A DNA stretch of 64,000 nucleotides from a bacterium (GTDB lineage Bacteria; UBA8248), in contig OZ242260.1 of NCBI GenBank assembly GCA_965207065.1, positions 2,624,001 through 2,688,000 of the forward strand, written 5' to 3'. The position numbers and the translations under genes were made by a program. This document shows, one piece after another, positions 47,945-59,086 of this stretch (the first letter of the stretch is position 1; each line of letters begins with the position of its first letter). Under the pieces are notes generated by a model. It did not search any database. It was not told the DNA's origin and saw only the letters and a program-made list of their open reading frames with translations.

Positions 47945-48206
47945 TGATCTTCCCCCTCTCGAGGAACTTCGCATACACCGTCGTGCCGACGAAGCTCAGA
48001 ATGGCCAGGGCGAGCACGGCGATGATGAACAGCTTGTTGTGCGTCTGGATGGCGAATAGCGCGATGACGCCGAGCACGTTCGTGGCGAGGGTGTCCGCCG
48101 CCACCACGCGGTCCGACGTCGTGGGTCCCTTGGCGAGGCGGATGAACGCCAGGAGCACCGACGCGCCCATCATGACGAGGCTTATCTGAACGGCGATCTC
48201 TATCAT
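47937..48206 (-). CDS. mrpF: Mrp/Mnh antiporter subunit F
   Basis: RLAKGPTTSDRVVAAD and FVGT..YAKFL. Confidence 0.9.
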   Translation of the reverse strand: MIEIAVQISLVMMGASVLLAFIRLAKGPTTSDRVVAADTLATNVLGVIALFAIQTHNKLFIIAVLALAILSFVGTTVYAKFLERGKIIE

Positions 48207-48676
48207 TCCACCGCTCCTACGATGGGTTCTTCCAGCCCCTTGCGGATGCCTTCGGCCACCTCGTCGGGGTGGTCGATATCCAGCGTGTGGACGAAAATCG
48301 TCTCATCATCATCCGACACGTCGATGCTCAGCGTGCCGGGCGTGAGCGTGATGGAATTCGCCAGCATCGTCACGCCCAAAGGCGTCTTGCAGACCGTCTT
48401 GTAGGGGATGATGCCCGGGCGGATCGACAGCCGGGGCGAGAGCACGATCTTCAGCACCTGGACGTTGGCGATCAACAGCTCCCAGGTGAAGCTCCGCAAG
48501 TATTTGAAATAGCTGCCGATGCGGAAGAACGTCCTGTCCTGGTAGTAGGATTTCTTTAAGAAGCGGATGATGAACAGCGCCATGACGAGGCCGACGAAGA
48601 AGTGCCCCGGCGTCGCGCTCCCGTGCAGGAATATCCAGATGGTGGCGATGGTGAATGCGAGCGTGGCGAGCGGCAT
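48203..48676 (-). CDS. mrpE: Mrp/Mnh antiporter subunit E
   Basis: RPGII, LANSITLTPGT and VHTLD. Confidence 0.9.
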   Translation of the reverse strand: MPLATLAFTIATIWIFLHGSATPGHFFVGLVMALFIIRFLKKSYYQDRTFFRIGSYFKYLRSFTWELLIANVQVLKIVLSPRLSIRPGIIPYKTVCKTPLGVTMLANSITLTPGTLSIDVSDDDETIFVHTLDIDHPDEVAEGIRKGLEEPIVGAVE

Positions 48677-48686
48677 CGTGCGTCTC

Positions 48687-50162
48687 CTAGCCCAAGTCCC
48701 GCATGGCGGATATGTAGAGTTCGGGCTTCGTGATCTGGGCGGCCACGAGCTGCGCCCACTCGAAGAGCCAGTACGCGCCGAGTCCGAAGATGACCGCGAA
48801 GGCCGAGAGAAAGGCGACCGAGCCGTATATCCCTGCGCCCGCCGCGCCGACCTCGCCGCCGCCCGTCCCCCAGGCGTAACGCTGGTACGTCGTGAAATTA
48901 TAATAAAGCGATATGACGCCGAATCCCAGGGCTATTCCCGTCGCAAGTATCGCGCCCTGCGAGAACCCCGCCTGGAGCACGAAGAGTTTGGCGAAAAAGC
49001 CCGTGAACGGCGGAAAGCCCGCCAGGGAGAGGAACCCCACGAGCATGAGCAGGCTAGCGAAGGGCGCCTTGCCCATCATGCCGCCCATTTCTTCGAGGTC
49101 CACCGTGCCGGTGAGCTTCTGGTTCAGGCCCGCGCCGAGCAGCATCGCGCTTTTTAAGTACGCGTGGCCAACGATGTAGAAGACCGCCGCCGCGAGTCCG
49201 GCCTGTGAGAGCAGGGCGATCCCGAAGGCGATGTAGCCCAGCTGGTTGATGGTGCTGTAGGCGAGGATGCGCTTCAGACTCGTCTGGGGCAGGGTGCCGA
49301 GCGCGCCCATGGCGATGGTCAGGAGGCACAGCAGTATCAGCCCGGGTTGTAGTATCAGGAAAGCGGCCGGGAAGATGAGCGTGGCGCAGCGGATGATGGA
49401 GTAGATGCCCACCTTGACGAGCACGCCCGCCAGGATGGCGCTGATGGGAGTGGGCGATATCGAGTGCGCGGAGGGCAGCCACAGGTGCATCGGGAAGATC
49501 GCCGCCTTGACGCTGAACACGAAGACGAAGATGAGGGCCGTCACCACGATGAGCGGCGTGGGGCCCAGGAGCTTTATCTTCACGGCCAGGTCGGCCATGT
49601 TCACGGTGCCCACCTGGGCGTAGAGGAGCGCGACGCCCAGCAGGAAAAGCGCCGATGCGATCAAGTTCATGCAGGTGTACTTGAAGGCCATCTCGAGCTG
49701 GTCGAGGTTGTAATAGAAGCCCAGCAGCGCGTAGGTGGCCATGAGCATGACCTCGAAGAAGACGAAGAGGTTGAACAGGTCGCCCGTGATGAAACAGCCC
49801 TGCATCCCCATGAGCAGGAAGTGCAGCAGGGGGTGAAATGCCTCTTTCCGCTGCGCATCCGTGAGATAGCTCCCCGCGAAGACGGCGCACGCCCCCACGA
49901 TGGAGGAGGAGAGGCACAAGAGCGTGGCGGTGAGCCTGTCCGCCGCCAGGACGATGGCGTACGGGAAGGGCCAGAGGCCCATCCGGTGGACGAATATCGT
50001 CCCGTCCGCCGTCGCGCTCAGGAGTACGCCCGCCAGGATGAGGTTCACCAGCAGGGCGATCATGCTCACCGATTCCTGGATCGCGCGGTTCTTCCTCACC
50101 AGGAACAGGAACGTGCCCGTGGCCAGCGGCAGGACGACGAAGAGCGGGAATACGGCGTTCAT
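48687..50162 (-). CDS. mrpD: Mrp/Mnh antiporter subunit D
   Basis: TGDLFNLFVFFEVML, KAAIFPMHLWLP, KVGIY, KRILAYS and SLAGFPPFTGFFAK. Confidence 0.92.
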   Translation of the reverse strand: MNAVFPLFVVLPLATGTFLFLVRKNRAIQESVSMIALLVNLILAGVLLSATADGTIFVHRMGLWPFPYAIVLAADRLTATLLCLSSSIVGACAVFAGSYLTDAQRKEAFHPLLHFLLMGMQGCFITGDLFNLFVFFEVMLMATYALLGFYYNLDQLEMAFKYTCMNLIASALFLLGVALLYAQVGTVNMADLAVKIKLLGPTPLIVVTALIFVFVFSVKAAIFPMHLWLPSAHSISPTPISAILAGVLVKVGIYSIIRCATLIFPAAFLILQPGLILLCLLTIAMGALGTLPQTSLKRILAYSTINQLGYIAFGIALLSQAGLAAAVFYIVGHAYLKSAMLLGAGLNQKLTGTVDLEEMGGMMGKAPFASLLMLVGFLSLAGFPPFTGFFAKLFVLQAGFSQGAILATGIALGFGVISLYYNFTTYQRYAWGTGGGEVGAAGAGIYGSVAFLSAFAVIFGLGAYWLFEWAQLVAAQITKPELYISAMRDLG

Positions 50163-50509
50163 CCCTTGAGCCTCCGGATCTCGTCGATGTCGTCGGTGCC
50201 GAACTTTTTGTAGGTGAAGAACGCGAGCACGAGCAGAAAGGCCGTCACGGCCAGGCTGATGACGATGGCAGTCAGTACCATGGCCTGGGGCAGGGGGTCT
50301 ACGTAGGCGAACGGGTCGAGCGGGCCGCCCGTCTTGGGAACGATGGGCGCCTTGCCGTCCCCCACCCAGCCTGAGGCGACGATCATCAGGTTCGCGGCGT
50401 GGCTCAGCACCGCCATGCCGAGCACGACCTGTATGATCCTGCGCTGCATGATGAGGTAGGAAGCCACCGTCACCAGGGCGCCGATTATGATCGCCAGTAT
50501 CCAGAGCAC
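50159..50509 (-). CDS. mrpC: Mrp/Mnh antiporter subunit C
   Basis: SHAANL, DPLPQAMVLTAIVI and GTDD; GTG start after AGGAG. Confidence 0.9.
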   Translation of the reverse strand: MLWILAIIIGALVTVASYLIMQRRIIQVVLGMAVLSHAANLMIVASGWVGDGKAPIVPKTGGPLDPFAYVDPLPQAMVLTAIVISLAVTAFLLVLAFFTYKKFGTDDIDEIRRLKG

Positions 50510-50533
50510 GTTAATATCTCCTTGCCGCTTCTG

Positions 50534-50627
50534 CTGTAGGGGTCGCATATATGCGACCCGGCCTTTTACACCTGCCGACTATGGGCCGCATATATGTAGC
50601 GTTCCCAAGAAGGGAGCGCTACATACA
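50534..50627. repeat. nested REP-like palindromes inside the mrp operon
   Basis: TGTAGGGGTCGCATATATGCGACCC, then GGGCCGCATATA running into TGTAGCGTTCCC..GGGAGCGCTACATACA. Confidence 0.7.
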
Positions 50628-50652
50628 GTTACAGCCGCTTCTGCGAGACTCC

Positions 50653-51084
50653 TTAACCTTCCGGCTCCTGCGTTTCCCTTTCGTACAGGTTGGTGAAGAT
50701 GCACATCACCACCCCGACCACCACGCCGTACACGCCCACGTCGAAGATGAACGCGGTGAACAGTTCCACGTCGCCGATGAAGGGCAGGGCGAAGTGGTAG
50801 ATCGAGCTTTTGAGATACGCTCCCTTGATGTAGCCCCACACCCCCGTCAAGGTGGAGAGCGCCAGCCCCGCGAGGAATATCCCCTCGTAGGGCCAGTTGA
50901 ACCGCCTGCGGCCTTCTTCGGCGTCCACCGCCACCCACTGGAGCACGATGCCCACCGACGTCATGAGGCCCGCGATGAAGCCGCCGCCCGGCTGGTTGTG
51001 GCCGTAGATGAGCAGGAACATGGAGAAGAGCAGCGTCAGGTGCAGCACGGCGGGCGCTATGGTCTGCAAGATCAATGATCGCAT
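50653..51084 (-). CDS. mrpB: Mrp/Mnh antiporter subunit B
   Basis: [13 protein letters not shown] and FDVGVY. Confidence 0.92.
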   Translation of the reverse strand: MRSLILQTIAPAVLHLTLLFSMFLLIYGHNQPGGGFIAGLMTSVGIVLQWVAVDAEEGRRRFNWPYEGIFLAGLALSTLTGVWGYIKGAYLKSSIYHFALPFIGDVELFTAFIFDVGVYGVVVGVVMCIFTNLYERETQEPEG

Positions 51085-53417
51085 TTCATCTCTCCCACCA
51101 GCCGCAATAGGGCGTAGACGGCTATCCCTGCGATGACCAGCACGGTGATCTCGCCCAGCGTGTCATACCCTCGGTAATCGACGATGATGGCGTTGACCAC
51201 GTTCTTGAAGCCCGCCACGGGCTTGCTCGTGCGCATGAAGTAGTCCGCAATGGTGCGGAACTTGTGCGTGTTCATGGCGGCGGCCATGACGAGCGTCGTG
51301 CAGACGCCGAGACCGATAGCGATTCCCCAATCCCGAATCTTCTTCGCGGTCGATGACGGTACGGGCTTGAGCTCGGGCAGGTAGTAGAACACGAGCAGGA
51401 ACAGCACGACCGAGGCCGATTCGACCATGATCTGCGTGAGGGCCAAATCCGGCGCTTTTAAGAGCAAATAAAGCCCCGCGATGCCGTAGCCCATCGTGCC
51501 GAGGGCCAGGATGGCGGCGATCCTCCGCTTGAAGAGCGCCGTGGCGAGGGCTGCGCTCGTGATCATGAGCGCGATCACGACGAGCAGGAACGATGCGCCC
51601 GCGAAATTCTCAGGAAATACCTTCGTCCCCCAGTCCATCCGCCAGACGAGGTAGAGCGCGGCGGCGGTGGGGAGCACCATCATCCAGCGCATGTAGCGCC
51701 TGAGATTCCCGTCCTGAATGAGGAGAAGAATCTCCCAGGTGCCGTTTCTCAGCCAGTCGATGGAGCCGTCGTATATCCTGTTGGGAGAGGGGGCATTGCC
51801 CCAGGCGCGGGCGACCGTGTCCAGTACGGTCTTGACGTGCGCGAAGCCGAAGTAAAGCGCCAAGCCCAGTGCCATCGTGATGATCGACATGATGAGCGGC
51901 ATGTTCACCCCGTGCCAGAGGCCCAAGTGGAGTTCCAGGTGCGCCTTGCCGCCCAGAGTGGCCTGCGCCGCGGGCGCGACGATGGCGTTCTCGATGAGAC
52001 CGGGCGCGAGACCGAAAGCCAGTGCCAAGAGAACGAGGATCGCGGGCGCCGCCAGCATCCCGAGGGGCGGGTCGTGGGGATGCTTGGGCGCTTCGCCTTC
52101 CGCCGCCTGCCAGTAGGGTTCGCTCAGGAACCTTAAGTGATAGAGCGCGGTGAACACGCCCGCGAATACGGTGATGTAGGGCCAGAACCAGCTCCAGTTC
52201 CCCGGGCCGCCGGGGTGGAGGCTGACTTCGTAGAGCATCTCCTTGGTGATGAACCCGCCCATGGGCGGTATGCCGATCAAGCTCAGCGCTGCGATGACGG
52301 CCAAGATGTGTGTCTTCGGCATGAGTTTTCTCAGGTTGCCGAGCAGACGCACGTCGCGTGTGCCCGCCTCGTGGTCGATGATGCCCACCGTCATGAACAT
52401 CGCCGCCTTGGCCGCCGCGTGGTTGTAGAGGTGAAGCGTCGCGCCGATGATCGCCCCCTTGCCGCCGTAGCCCAGGAAGGTGACGATGAGGCCCAACTGG
52501 CTGATGGTGCCGTAGGCCAGAATGGCCTTTAAGTCATACGCGCGCAGGGAGAGCAGGCCGCCCGCTATCATCGTCGTCATGCCGAAGCCCGTCACCACGT
52601 AGCCCCAGGCGGGGTGCGCGCCGAGGATGGGATAGAAGCGCGACAGGAGATAGATGCCCGCCTTCACCATGGTGGCCGAGTGCAGGAACGCGCTGATGGG
52701 CGTGGGCGCTTCCATGGCGTTCGGCAGCCAGATGTGGAAGGGCCACTGCGCGCTCTTCGTCACCGCGCCCAGGATGATGAGCAAGAAGACACCGAACGAT
52801 ATCTGGCTCGCGATTCCGGGCATGAGTACGAGTTGGGAGAGCCGCCACTCGCCCGCCACGTCGCCTAAGAGCAAAAATCCCCCGAGCATGGCGAGGCCGC
52901 CGCTGCCCGTGATGAGGATGGCCTTCGTCGCGCCGTAGTTCGAGGCGTCCCTGTCCGACCAGAAGCCGATTAAGAAGAACGAGGTGATGCTCGTGAGCTC
53001 CCAGAAGATGAACAAGGAGATTAAGTGGTCGGAAAACACGACGCCCAGCATCGAGCCCATGAACGCGATGAGAAAGCCGTAATAGCGGCCGAGCGCTTCG
53101 TGCTCGTGCAGGTACCAGTGGGAGTAGAGGACGATGAGCGCGCCCATGCCCGCCACGAGGAGGCCCCACATGAGGCTCAGGCCGTCCACCATGAAGGAGA
53201 TTTCGACGTTCGCGGCGGGGACCCAGGCGATGGCGCGCGTAAAAGTCTGCCGGCCGCCGGCGGCCCATTCGCCGTAAAGATTAAAGAGCGCCCATGTGCT
53301 GACGAGGGGCGCGACCATGGCGAACCACGCGGCGTTTTTGCGGAAACGTTCTGCAAACCAGGGGATGATGAGGGCGGCTGCGAACGGGAAGAACACGATG
53401 ATGAAGGTGTTGTCCAA
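51072..53417 (-). CDS. mrpA: Mrp/Mnh antiporter subunit A
   Basis: [52 protein letters not shown] and [11 protein letters not shown]. Confidence 0.93.
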   Translation of the reverse strand: MDNTFIIVFFPFAAALIIPWFAERFRKNAAWFAMVAPLVSTWALFNLYGEWAAGGRQTFTRAIAWVPAANVEISFMVDGLSLMWGLLVAGMGALIVLYSHWYLHEHEALGRYYGFLIAFMGSMLGVVFSDHLISLFIFWELTSITSFFLIGFWSDRDASNYGATKAILITGSGGLAMLGGFLLLGDVAGEWRLSQLVLMPGIASQISFGVFLLIILGAVTKSAQWPFHIWLPNAMEAPTPISAFLHSATMVKAGIYLLSRFYPILGAHPAWGYVVTGFGMTTMIAGGLLSLRAYDLKAILAYGTISQLGLIVTFLGYGGKGAIIGATLHLYNHAAAKAAMFMTVGIIDHEAGTRDVRLLGNLRKLMPKTHILAVIAALSLIGIPPMGGFITKEMLYEVSLHPGGPGNWSWFWPYITVFAGVFTALYHLRFLSEPYWQAAEGEAPKHPHDPPLGMLAAPAILVLLALAFGLAPGLIENAIVAPAAQATLGGKAHLELHLGLWHGVNMPLIMSIITMALGLALYFGFAHVKTVLDTVARAWGNAPSPNRIYDGSIDWLRNGTWEILLLIQDGNLRRYMRWMMVLPTAAALYLVWRMDWGTKVFPENFAGASFLLVVIALMITSAALATALFKRRIAAILALGTMGYGIAGLYLLLKAPDLALTQIMVESASVVLFLLVFYYLPELKPVPSSTAKKIRDWGIAIGLGVCTTLVMAAAMNTHKFRTIADYFMRTSKPVAGFKNVVNAIIVDYRGYDTLGEITVLVIAGIAVYALLRLVGEMKCDH

Positions 53418-53554
53418 AACGAGCGCCCTTCGGGAATGGTTTTCTGTGAACCGAATACCGAAATTTACGTTTTGAGCTTCGGTGATAATGGCATAATCTC
53501 ACCCTTCGGACAACGAAGCGCCGCATCGTCATGCACACTGTCGCCTGGGTTATC

Positions 53555-53744
53555 GGGGTTGTTGAAAAGGATCTTTTTTATGGGGCAGAGGGGACGCCCC
53601 TCTCGACTGGAAAACCAACCCCCCCTACCCCCCCTTAACAGGGGGGTAAAGGCAATACCCCCGACGAGGGAGTGGAAGAAAAGCCCCCCTGACAAGGGGG
53701 GTTGGGGGGTTAATCTCTTGGCAAAGGCTTTTTCACCAACCCCC
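53555..53744. mobile_element. MITE-like element of the same TIR family carrying the C7/G7 hairpin
   Basis: GGGGTTGTTGAAAAGG ... GGCTTTTTCACCAACCCC; interior is a reverse-complement homolog of the outer element at 63494-64000. Confidence 0.75.
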
Positions 53745-53774
53745 ATCCGAACGGGAAAACACGGAGGTATCATC

Positions 53775-54545
53775 TTGAGCGAGACGACCTACAATCTTTA
53801 CGCCCTGTGCCAGGGCTCGCGCGCGTGCGACGCCTCCTGGCTCCTTTACTTGAGCGAATCGGGCCGGACGCGCACGCTCCCCTATTTCTTCTGGGTGCTC
53901 AAGCCCGACGATGGCGGCGCGCCGGTCGTTATCGACACCGGCTTCAGCGAGGATGCGCAGAAGGCGCGAAACCCCGATTACGCGGACTACCGCCCGCAGC
54001 ATGAGCTTCTGAAGCATTTCGATCTCAAGCCGTCAGAGGTCGAGACGCTCATCGTGAGCCACCTGCATTGGGATCACTTTATGTCTCCCCGGCTGTTCAC
54101 AGGGGCGCGGTTTTATCTCCAGAGTCGCGAGCTCGATTTCTGGCGGAGCGACGCGGCGGAATACCACTTCATCAACCATTTTCTGGGCGATTTGGAAGAA
54201 GCCGAGAAGCTGCTTGAAGCAGGCCGTATGAATCTCGTGGACGGGGAGGCGGAGATAGCTGAGGGCGTACACGTCCACTGGACGGGCGGCCACACGCCGG
54301 GCCACCAGATAATCCGTTTCCGCACGGCGCGGGGCTGGGCGGTGCTGGCCGTGGACGCGGCCTATCTCTACAGGAGCCTCGAATCCATGATACCGCCGGG
54401 CATCCACATCCACGTGGACGACGCCCTGCGCGCCCTCGAGACCGTGAAGGACCTCGCCGACGCGCCCGACCTCATCTTCGCCGGACACGACGAGACGGAT
54501 TTGAGAAGGGAGGAGGTGTATCCGGGGGTTAGGTTGTTTGTGTAG
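53775..54545 (+). CDS. metallo-beta-lactamase-fold hydrolase (N-acyl homoserine lactonase family)
   Basis: VIDTGF, SHLHWDH, GGHTPGHQ, AVDA and AGHD; TTG start after GGAGG. Confidence 0.85.
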   Translation: MSETTYNLYALCQGSRACDASWLLYLSESGRTRTLPYFFWVLKPDDGGAPVVIDTGFSEDAQKARNPDYADYRPQHELLKHFDLKPSEVETLIVSHLHWDHFMSPRLFTGARFYLQSRELDFWRSDAAEYHFINHFLGDLEEAEKLLEAGRMNLVDGEAEIAEGVHVHWTGGHTPGHQIIRFRTARGWAVLAVDAAYLYRSLESMIPPGIHIHVDDALRALETVKDLADAPDLIFAGHDETDLRREEVYPGVRLFV

Positions 54546-54656
54546 CTGAAATGCTCTTGCCGGGGACGTATAGGCTGGGTATGTTGGCGGTATCCGAGGA
54601 GGAGTTATTGATTAGTAGAAATTCGGGCAATAAAACTTCTTGATTAAGAGGGTAGG

Positions 54657-56471
54657 ATGACTGAACTGAACTTCAAGGGGAAGGAATTCGTTTACAACCA
54701 CCATTTATCCGTGCCGTTCCATCCGCTTGAAATGCACTCGGATAAGGGAATTGGTGAAGCAAGTTTAGACGGTAACCTGATCATTCATGGAGACAATCTG
54801 AAAGCGCTGAAAGCATTAATGCCACTCTATGCTGGCAAGGTGGACTGTATCTTCATCGACCCACCTTACAACACCGGCAACGAAAGCTGGTGCTACAACG
54901 ACAATGTGAACGCACCAATGATCAAAGAATGGTTGGAAGCGAACCCGGTTGGGATCGAGGATGGTCTCCGTCATGACAAGTGGTGTGCGATGATGTGGCC
55001 GAGGCTACGCTTGTTGCATGATTTGCTTGCCGATACGGGGAGTTTTTGGGCAACTATTGATTACATAGAGGTTAACCGGTTCAAGCAAATTTTGGATGAA
55101 ATATTTGGCGAGAATAACTATATAGGTATGATTTCTTGGGAAAAAACCTATACACCAAAGAGTAACAGCAGAGTAATAAGTGCCGATACAGACTATATAT
55201 TTTGTTATGCTAAAAATAAATCTGTATTCGAGTCGGATGGTTGGAATTTGATAACTAAGGATAGTGAACAACTTGGAAGATATTCCAATCCAGATAATGA
55301 TCCCAAAGGACCTTGGCGGACTTTTCCAATAGATGTTCGCACCGAAGATGCCGGGAAACGTGAGAAATATCGATATCAAGTTGAATTGCCGTCGGGTCGT
55401 ACGGTACGACCTGCCGCTGGGCGTCATTGGTCTCTCCCTGAAGATGTGTTCAATGCTGAGAGAACAGCCGGAAGGATCTACTTTGGCATGAAAAATGATG
55501 CAATACCAACAGTCAAAGCATATCTTTCTGACGGTCGGGATAAAATCATAGCGAGAACGTGGTGGCCATACAGTTCTGTCGGAGGTAATCAGGATGCAAA
55601 GAAGCAAATTTTGAATATTCTTGGCAGTGATTGCGATTTTCTTACACCTAAACCTACAAGCCTGATTCGTAGAATATTAGATATTGCTACTCATCGACAC
55701 TCGATAGTTCTAGATTCGTTTTCTGGTTCGGGATCGACAGCACATGCTGTTCTCGAAGCGAATCGGGACGATGACGGAGAACGCCGCTTTATTCTTGTTG
55801 AGATGGAGGACTACGCGAACCGGATAACTGCCGAGCGAGTCCGTCGTGTTATCAATGGCTATGACTTCACTGGCACTCTGCGTACGGAATTGATGCGGGA
55901 AAAAATCACTTGGTCCAAGCTGAAGAACTCCCGCAAACTGACGGAGTCGGTAGAGGTAATCGAGAATCTGCATGGCCACGAGTACGACCGAATTAAGAAG
56001 GAAGTCAAGAACGGCGAATTGATTGTCACTGGCGAAGAGTCGATAGCGGAATGCGTCGAGGGGCTTGGCGGTTCCTTCACCTATTGCACCCTTGGCGATC
56101 CTGTGGAACTCGACAAGCTGCTTAGCGGAGAAACTTTACCACCGTATGAGGGAATTGGCGCGGCGCTCTTCCACATGGCGACCAATTACGCAATTGACGC
56201 CGAGATCGTGCGCAAGGCGGAATACTATCTTGGCGAGGCCGACGGCCAACATGTATGGCTGATCTACAAATCCGATTTGGATTGGCTGAAATCGCCTGAA
56301 GCAGCGCTGACATTGGACCGCGCTAGGACATTCGCATCGGCGGACCCAGAGAAGCGCCATCTTGTTTTCGCTCCGGTCCGCTATGTCAGTCAGAAGATGC
56401 TGGAGGAACAGAACCTTCCCGTCGAGTTTGTGCCGCTACCCTTCGCGCTCTACCGCATTGACCGGGGTTAA
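54657..56471 (+). CDS. mod: type III restriction-modification methyltransferase subunit
   Basis: NLIIHGDNL, IDPPYNTG catalytic motif, TPKP, and LDSFSGSGSTAHA SAM-binding motif (beta-class order). Confidence 0.9.
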   Translation: MTELNFKGKEFVYNHHLSVPFHPLEMHSDKGIGEASLDGNLIIHGDNLKALKALMPLYAGKVDCIFIDPPYNTGNESWCYNDNVNAPMIKEWLEANPVGIEDGLRHDKWCAMMWPRLRLLHDLLADTGSFWATIDYIEVNRFKQILDEIFGENNYIGMISWEKTYTPKSNSRVISADTDYIFCYAKNKSVFESDGWNLITKDSEQLGRYSNPDNDPKGPWRTFPIDVRTEDAGKREKYRYQVELPSGRTVRPAAGRHWSLPEDVFNAERTAGRIYFGMKNDAIPTVKAYLSDGRDKIIARTWWPYSSVGGNQDAKKQILNILGSDCDFLTPKPTSLIRRILDIATHRHSIVLDSFSGSGSTAHAVLEANRDDDGERRFILVEMEDYANRITAERVRRVINGYDFTGTLRTELMREKITWSKLKNSRKLTESVEVIENLHGHEYDRIKKEVKNGELIVTGEESIAECVEGLGGSFTYCTLGDPVELDKLLSGETLPPYEGIGAALFHMATNYAIDAEIVRKAEYYLGEADGQHVWLIYKSDLDWLKSPEAALTLDRARTFASADPEKRHLVFAPVRYVSQKMLEEQNLPVEFVPLPFALYRIDRG

Positions 56472-56479
56472 AGCGCGAC

Positions 56480-59086
56480 ATGTTCCGCCAACTGGAATAT
56501 CAGGATCGAGTTCTTGCGACGCTCGATACTTATATTGACCAACTTAGGGCTAGGAAACTGGAAGCCGATGAGATTGCGGAACTGGCGGCAAGCAAGCCGC
56601 ATTTGGCCGTGCCGATCCCCGATTTCACATATGAGGCATGGGAAGCTTTAAAAGCAGAAGGCAAGTTGCCTACCTCGCGTGCTGCGATCCCGTTTTCGCC
56701 ACGTGAAGACGGGTGTGGTCGTCCGGTTCCGAACGTGGTGCTTAAAGTACCGACAGGCGGCGGCAAGACTTGGTTAGCCGTCTCCGGACTCTCACACATC
56801 ATGGGCCGCTATCTCGAAAGGAACACGGGCTTTGTGTTGTGGGTCGTGCCGAACGAAGCGATATACAGCCAAACACTTAAGCATTTGAAAGACCGACAGC
56901 ATCCTTATCGACAAATGCTCGACCGCGCGGCAGCCGGGCGTGTTCGAGTCATGGAGAAAATTGACCGCCTCGATGCGCGGGACGTGGAAACTAACCTCTG
57001 TGTCATGCTACTGATGCTTCAATCGGCAAACCGGAAGTCTCAGGAATCACTAAAGATGTTTCAGGATCGGGGAGACGTGCACGGCTTCTTTCCGCCCGAA
57101 GGCGAACAGCAGGCGCACAGGGAAGTGCTGGAGAGGACGCAAAACCTCGCTGCTTATAGCGGTATCTTCCAGATGGTGAAAGATTCACTCGGCAACGCTT
57201 TGCGGATCATTCGCCCTGTTATGGTGCTGGATGAGGGACATCGGGCGATCTCCGATCTGGCATTTAAGACGCTCTATGGGTTTAACCCATGTTTCGTACT
57301 GGAACTGACGGCGACCCCGCAAGACGTGCAGCCGCGCGGCGGTCAGAACCCGAGGGAGGGGCGCTATGCCAACCTGCTTGTTGAGGTGTCAGGTCGGGAA
57401 CTGGACCGCGAGGGCATGATTAAGATGCCGCTTAATCTTGAGCCCAGGCAGGGTACCGATTGGCGGTCAACCCTCAACGCTGCGCTCGCGAAGTTGGACA
57501 CACTCCATAACAAAGCAAAAAATTTACGTGCCAATACCAATCGTTTTATTCGCCCGATCATGCTGGTTCAGGTCGAACGCACCGGAGCAGATCAGAGGGA
57601 AAGCGGTCATATTCACGCAGAGGATGTTAGCGACTGTCTCTTGGCAGCCGGATTCGATGACGCGGAGATTGCCATCAAAACGGCTGAGCAGAATGACCTG
57701 AAACAACCGGAGAACCAGAACCTTCTTTCGCCTACCAACCGTGTGAGAGCGATCATCACGAAGCAGGCGCTCCAGGAAGGCTGGGACTGCCCGTTTGCCT
57801 ACGTGCTTTGCGCATTGGCAGCAAACACGAACCTTAATGCCATGACCCAACTTGTGGGTCGTATCCTTCGCCAGCCAGGCGCAATCAAGACTGGCGTCGA
57901 AGCGCTTGACGAGTGCCATATCATCACACACCACGCCGAAACCGCTTCTGTAGTGGAAGCGATCAAGGCTGGGTTGGAACAAGACGGACTTGGCGATCTC
58001 GTGCTTCAGGTCTCTCAGGATGATACAAGTGAACCAAAGAGCGAGTCGCGAAAGATCAAACGACGCTCCGACTTCGAGTACACGGAAATCTACCTACCAA
58101 AAGCTATGGTCGTGGAGAATGGCGAGTCGCGGGAACTAGATTACGAGACCGACGTTTTGTCCCGTATCGACTGGCGCGATTTCAACCCTAAGGAGATCGC
58201 GGCTCGCATTCCCGAGAACGCACAGGCGGTTGAGAACCAATTGCAACGCATCGGGTTGGCCGAGGATGGGGATGAGCCCTTTGTCGGCGAAATTGTTTCG
58301 AGAAACAGTGAAGTTTTGACATTCGATCCGGTACATGCGGTGCGTATGATACTAGATATCATACAGAACCCCTTTGTGGGGCACGAAATCGTAGATCGGC
58401 TTCTTGCAGAGCTTTCTAGCCGCGGATTCGACAACAAGAAATTAGGACAACTTGACGGGCTAATCGTTGAAGAACTACGTAAAAGATTGAATATCGAGCG
58501 TGACGCACGTGCCGAAGCTCTGTTCAAAGACAGTGTGACGACAGGGCACATCCAGTTCCGACTGCGTTTGGACGGCAAAAACTGGCGAATGCCCTTCCAG
58601 ATCGAAACGACCGAATCGGACACGGCACGTCAGCTTGTGAGCAAGACAGGTGGTCCTTTGGAGAAGAGCCTGTTCGCACCAATCTATGAGAACGAGTTGA
58701 ACAGCGACGAGCGAGAAGTAGCTGTCTATCTCGACAGCGAGGAGACATTGACCTGGTGGCACCGTAACGTCGCACGCAAGCAGTATGGAATACAGGGCTG
58801 GAAAAAGGGGATAATCTATCCTGACTTCATCTTTGCTGGGAAAATGGTGGATGGTAAATCAAGATTGTTTGTTCTGGAAACAAAAGGCGACTATCTCGAT
58901 AATTTGGATACAAAGTACAAACGCAAATTGCTAGATCTTATGTCCGAGAATTTTTCATGGGACAATACGATACAAGCTGGAGAACTGGCACTCGTTCAAG
59001 AAAATGGCGAAACTGTTCAGTGCGCATTGGTGTTGATGAGCGAATGGAGAACGGAATTGCCGGAACTATTAAATCAAACTAAATGA
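56480..59086 (+). CDS. res: type III restriction endonuclease subunit (SF2 helicase + nuclease)
   Basis: PTGGGKT, DEGH, LTATP, LQEGWD, QLVGRILR and a C-terminal YPDF...ETKG PD-(D/E)xK nuclease. Confidence 0.9.
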   Translation: MFRQLEYQDRVLATLDTYIDQLRARKLEADEIAELAASKPHLAVPIPDFTYEAWEALKAEGKLPTSRAAIPFSPREDGCGRPVPNVVLKVPTGGGKTWLAVSGLSHIMGRYLERNTGFVLWVVPNEAIYSQTLKHLKDRQHPYRQMLDRAAAGRVRVMEKIDRLDARDVETNLCVMLLMLQSANRKSQESLKMFQDRGDVHGFFPPEGEQQAHREVLERTQNLAAYSGIFQMVKDSLGNALRIIRPVMVLDEGHRAISDLAFKTLYGFNPCFVLELTATPQDVQPRGGQNPREGRYANLLVEVSGRELDREGMIKMPLNLEPRQGTDWRSTLNAALAKLDTLHNKAKNLRANTNRFIRPIMLVQVERTGADQRESGHIHAEDVSDCLLAAGFDDAEIAIKTAEQNDLKQPENQNLLSPTNRVRAIITKQALQEGWDCPFAYVLCALAANTNLNAMTQLVGRILRQPGAIKTGVEALDECHIITHHAETASVVEAIKAGLEQDGLGDLVLQVSQDDTSEPKSESRKIKRRSDFEYTEIYLPKAMVVENGESRELDYETDVLSRIDWRDFNPKEIAARIPENAQAVENQLQRIGLAEDGDEPFVGEIVSRNSEVLTFDPVHAVRMILDIIQNPFVGHEIVDRLLAELSSRGFDNKKLGQLDGLIVEELRKRLNIERDARAEALFKDSVTTGHIQFRLRLDGKNWRMPFQIETTESDTARQLVSKTGGPLEKSLFAPIYENELNSDEREVAVYLDSEETLTWWHRNVARKQYGIQGWKKGIIYPDFIFAGKMVDGKSRLFVLETKGDYLDNLDTKYKRKLLDLMSENFSWDNTIQAGELALVQENGETVQCALVLMSEWRTELPELLNQTK

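Noticed and set aside
53025-54545. 506-aa ORF
   Set aside because: The N-terminal half is antisense to mrpA and runs through a repeat element; the real gene starts at about 53775.
54657-56471. Phase-variable mod (phasevarion)
   Set aside because: I saw no simple-sequence repeat tract in or upstream of mod.
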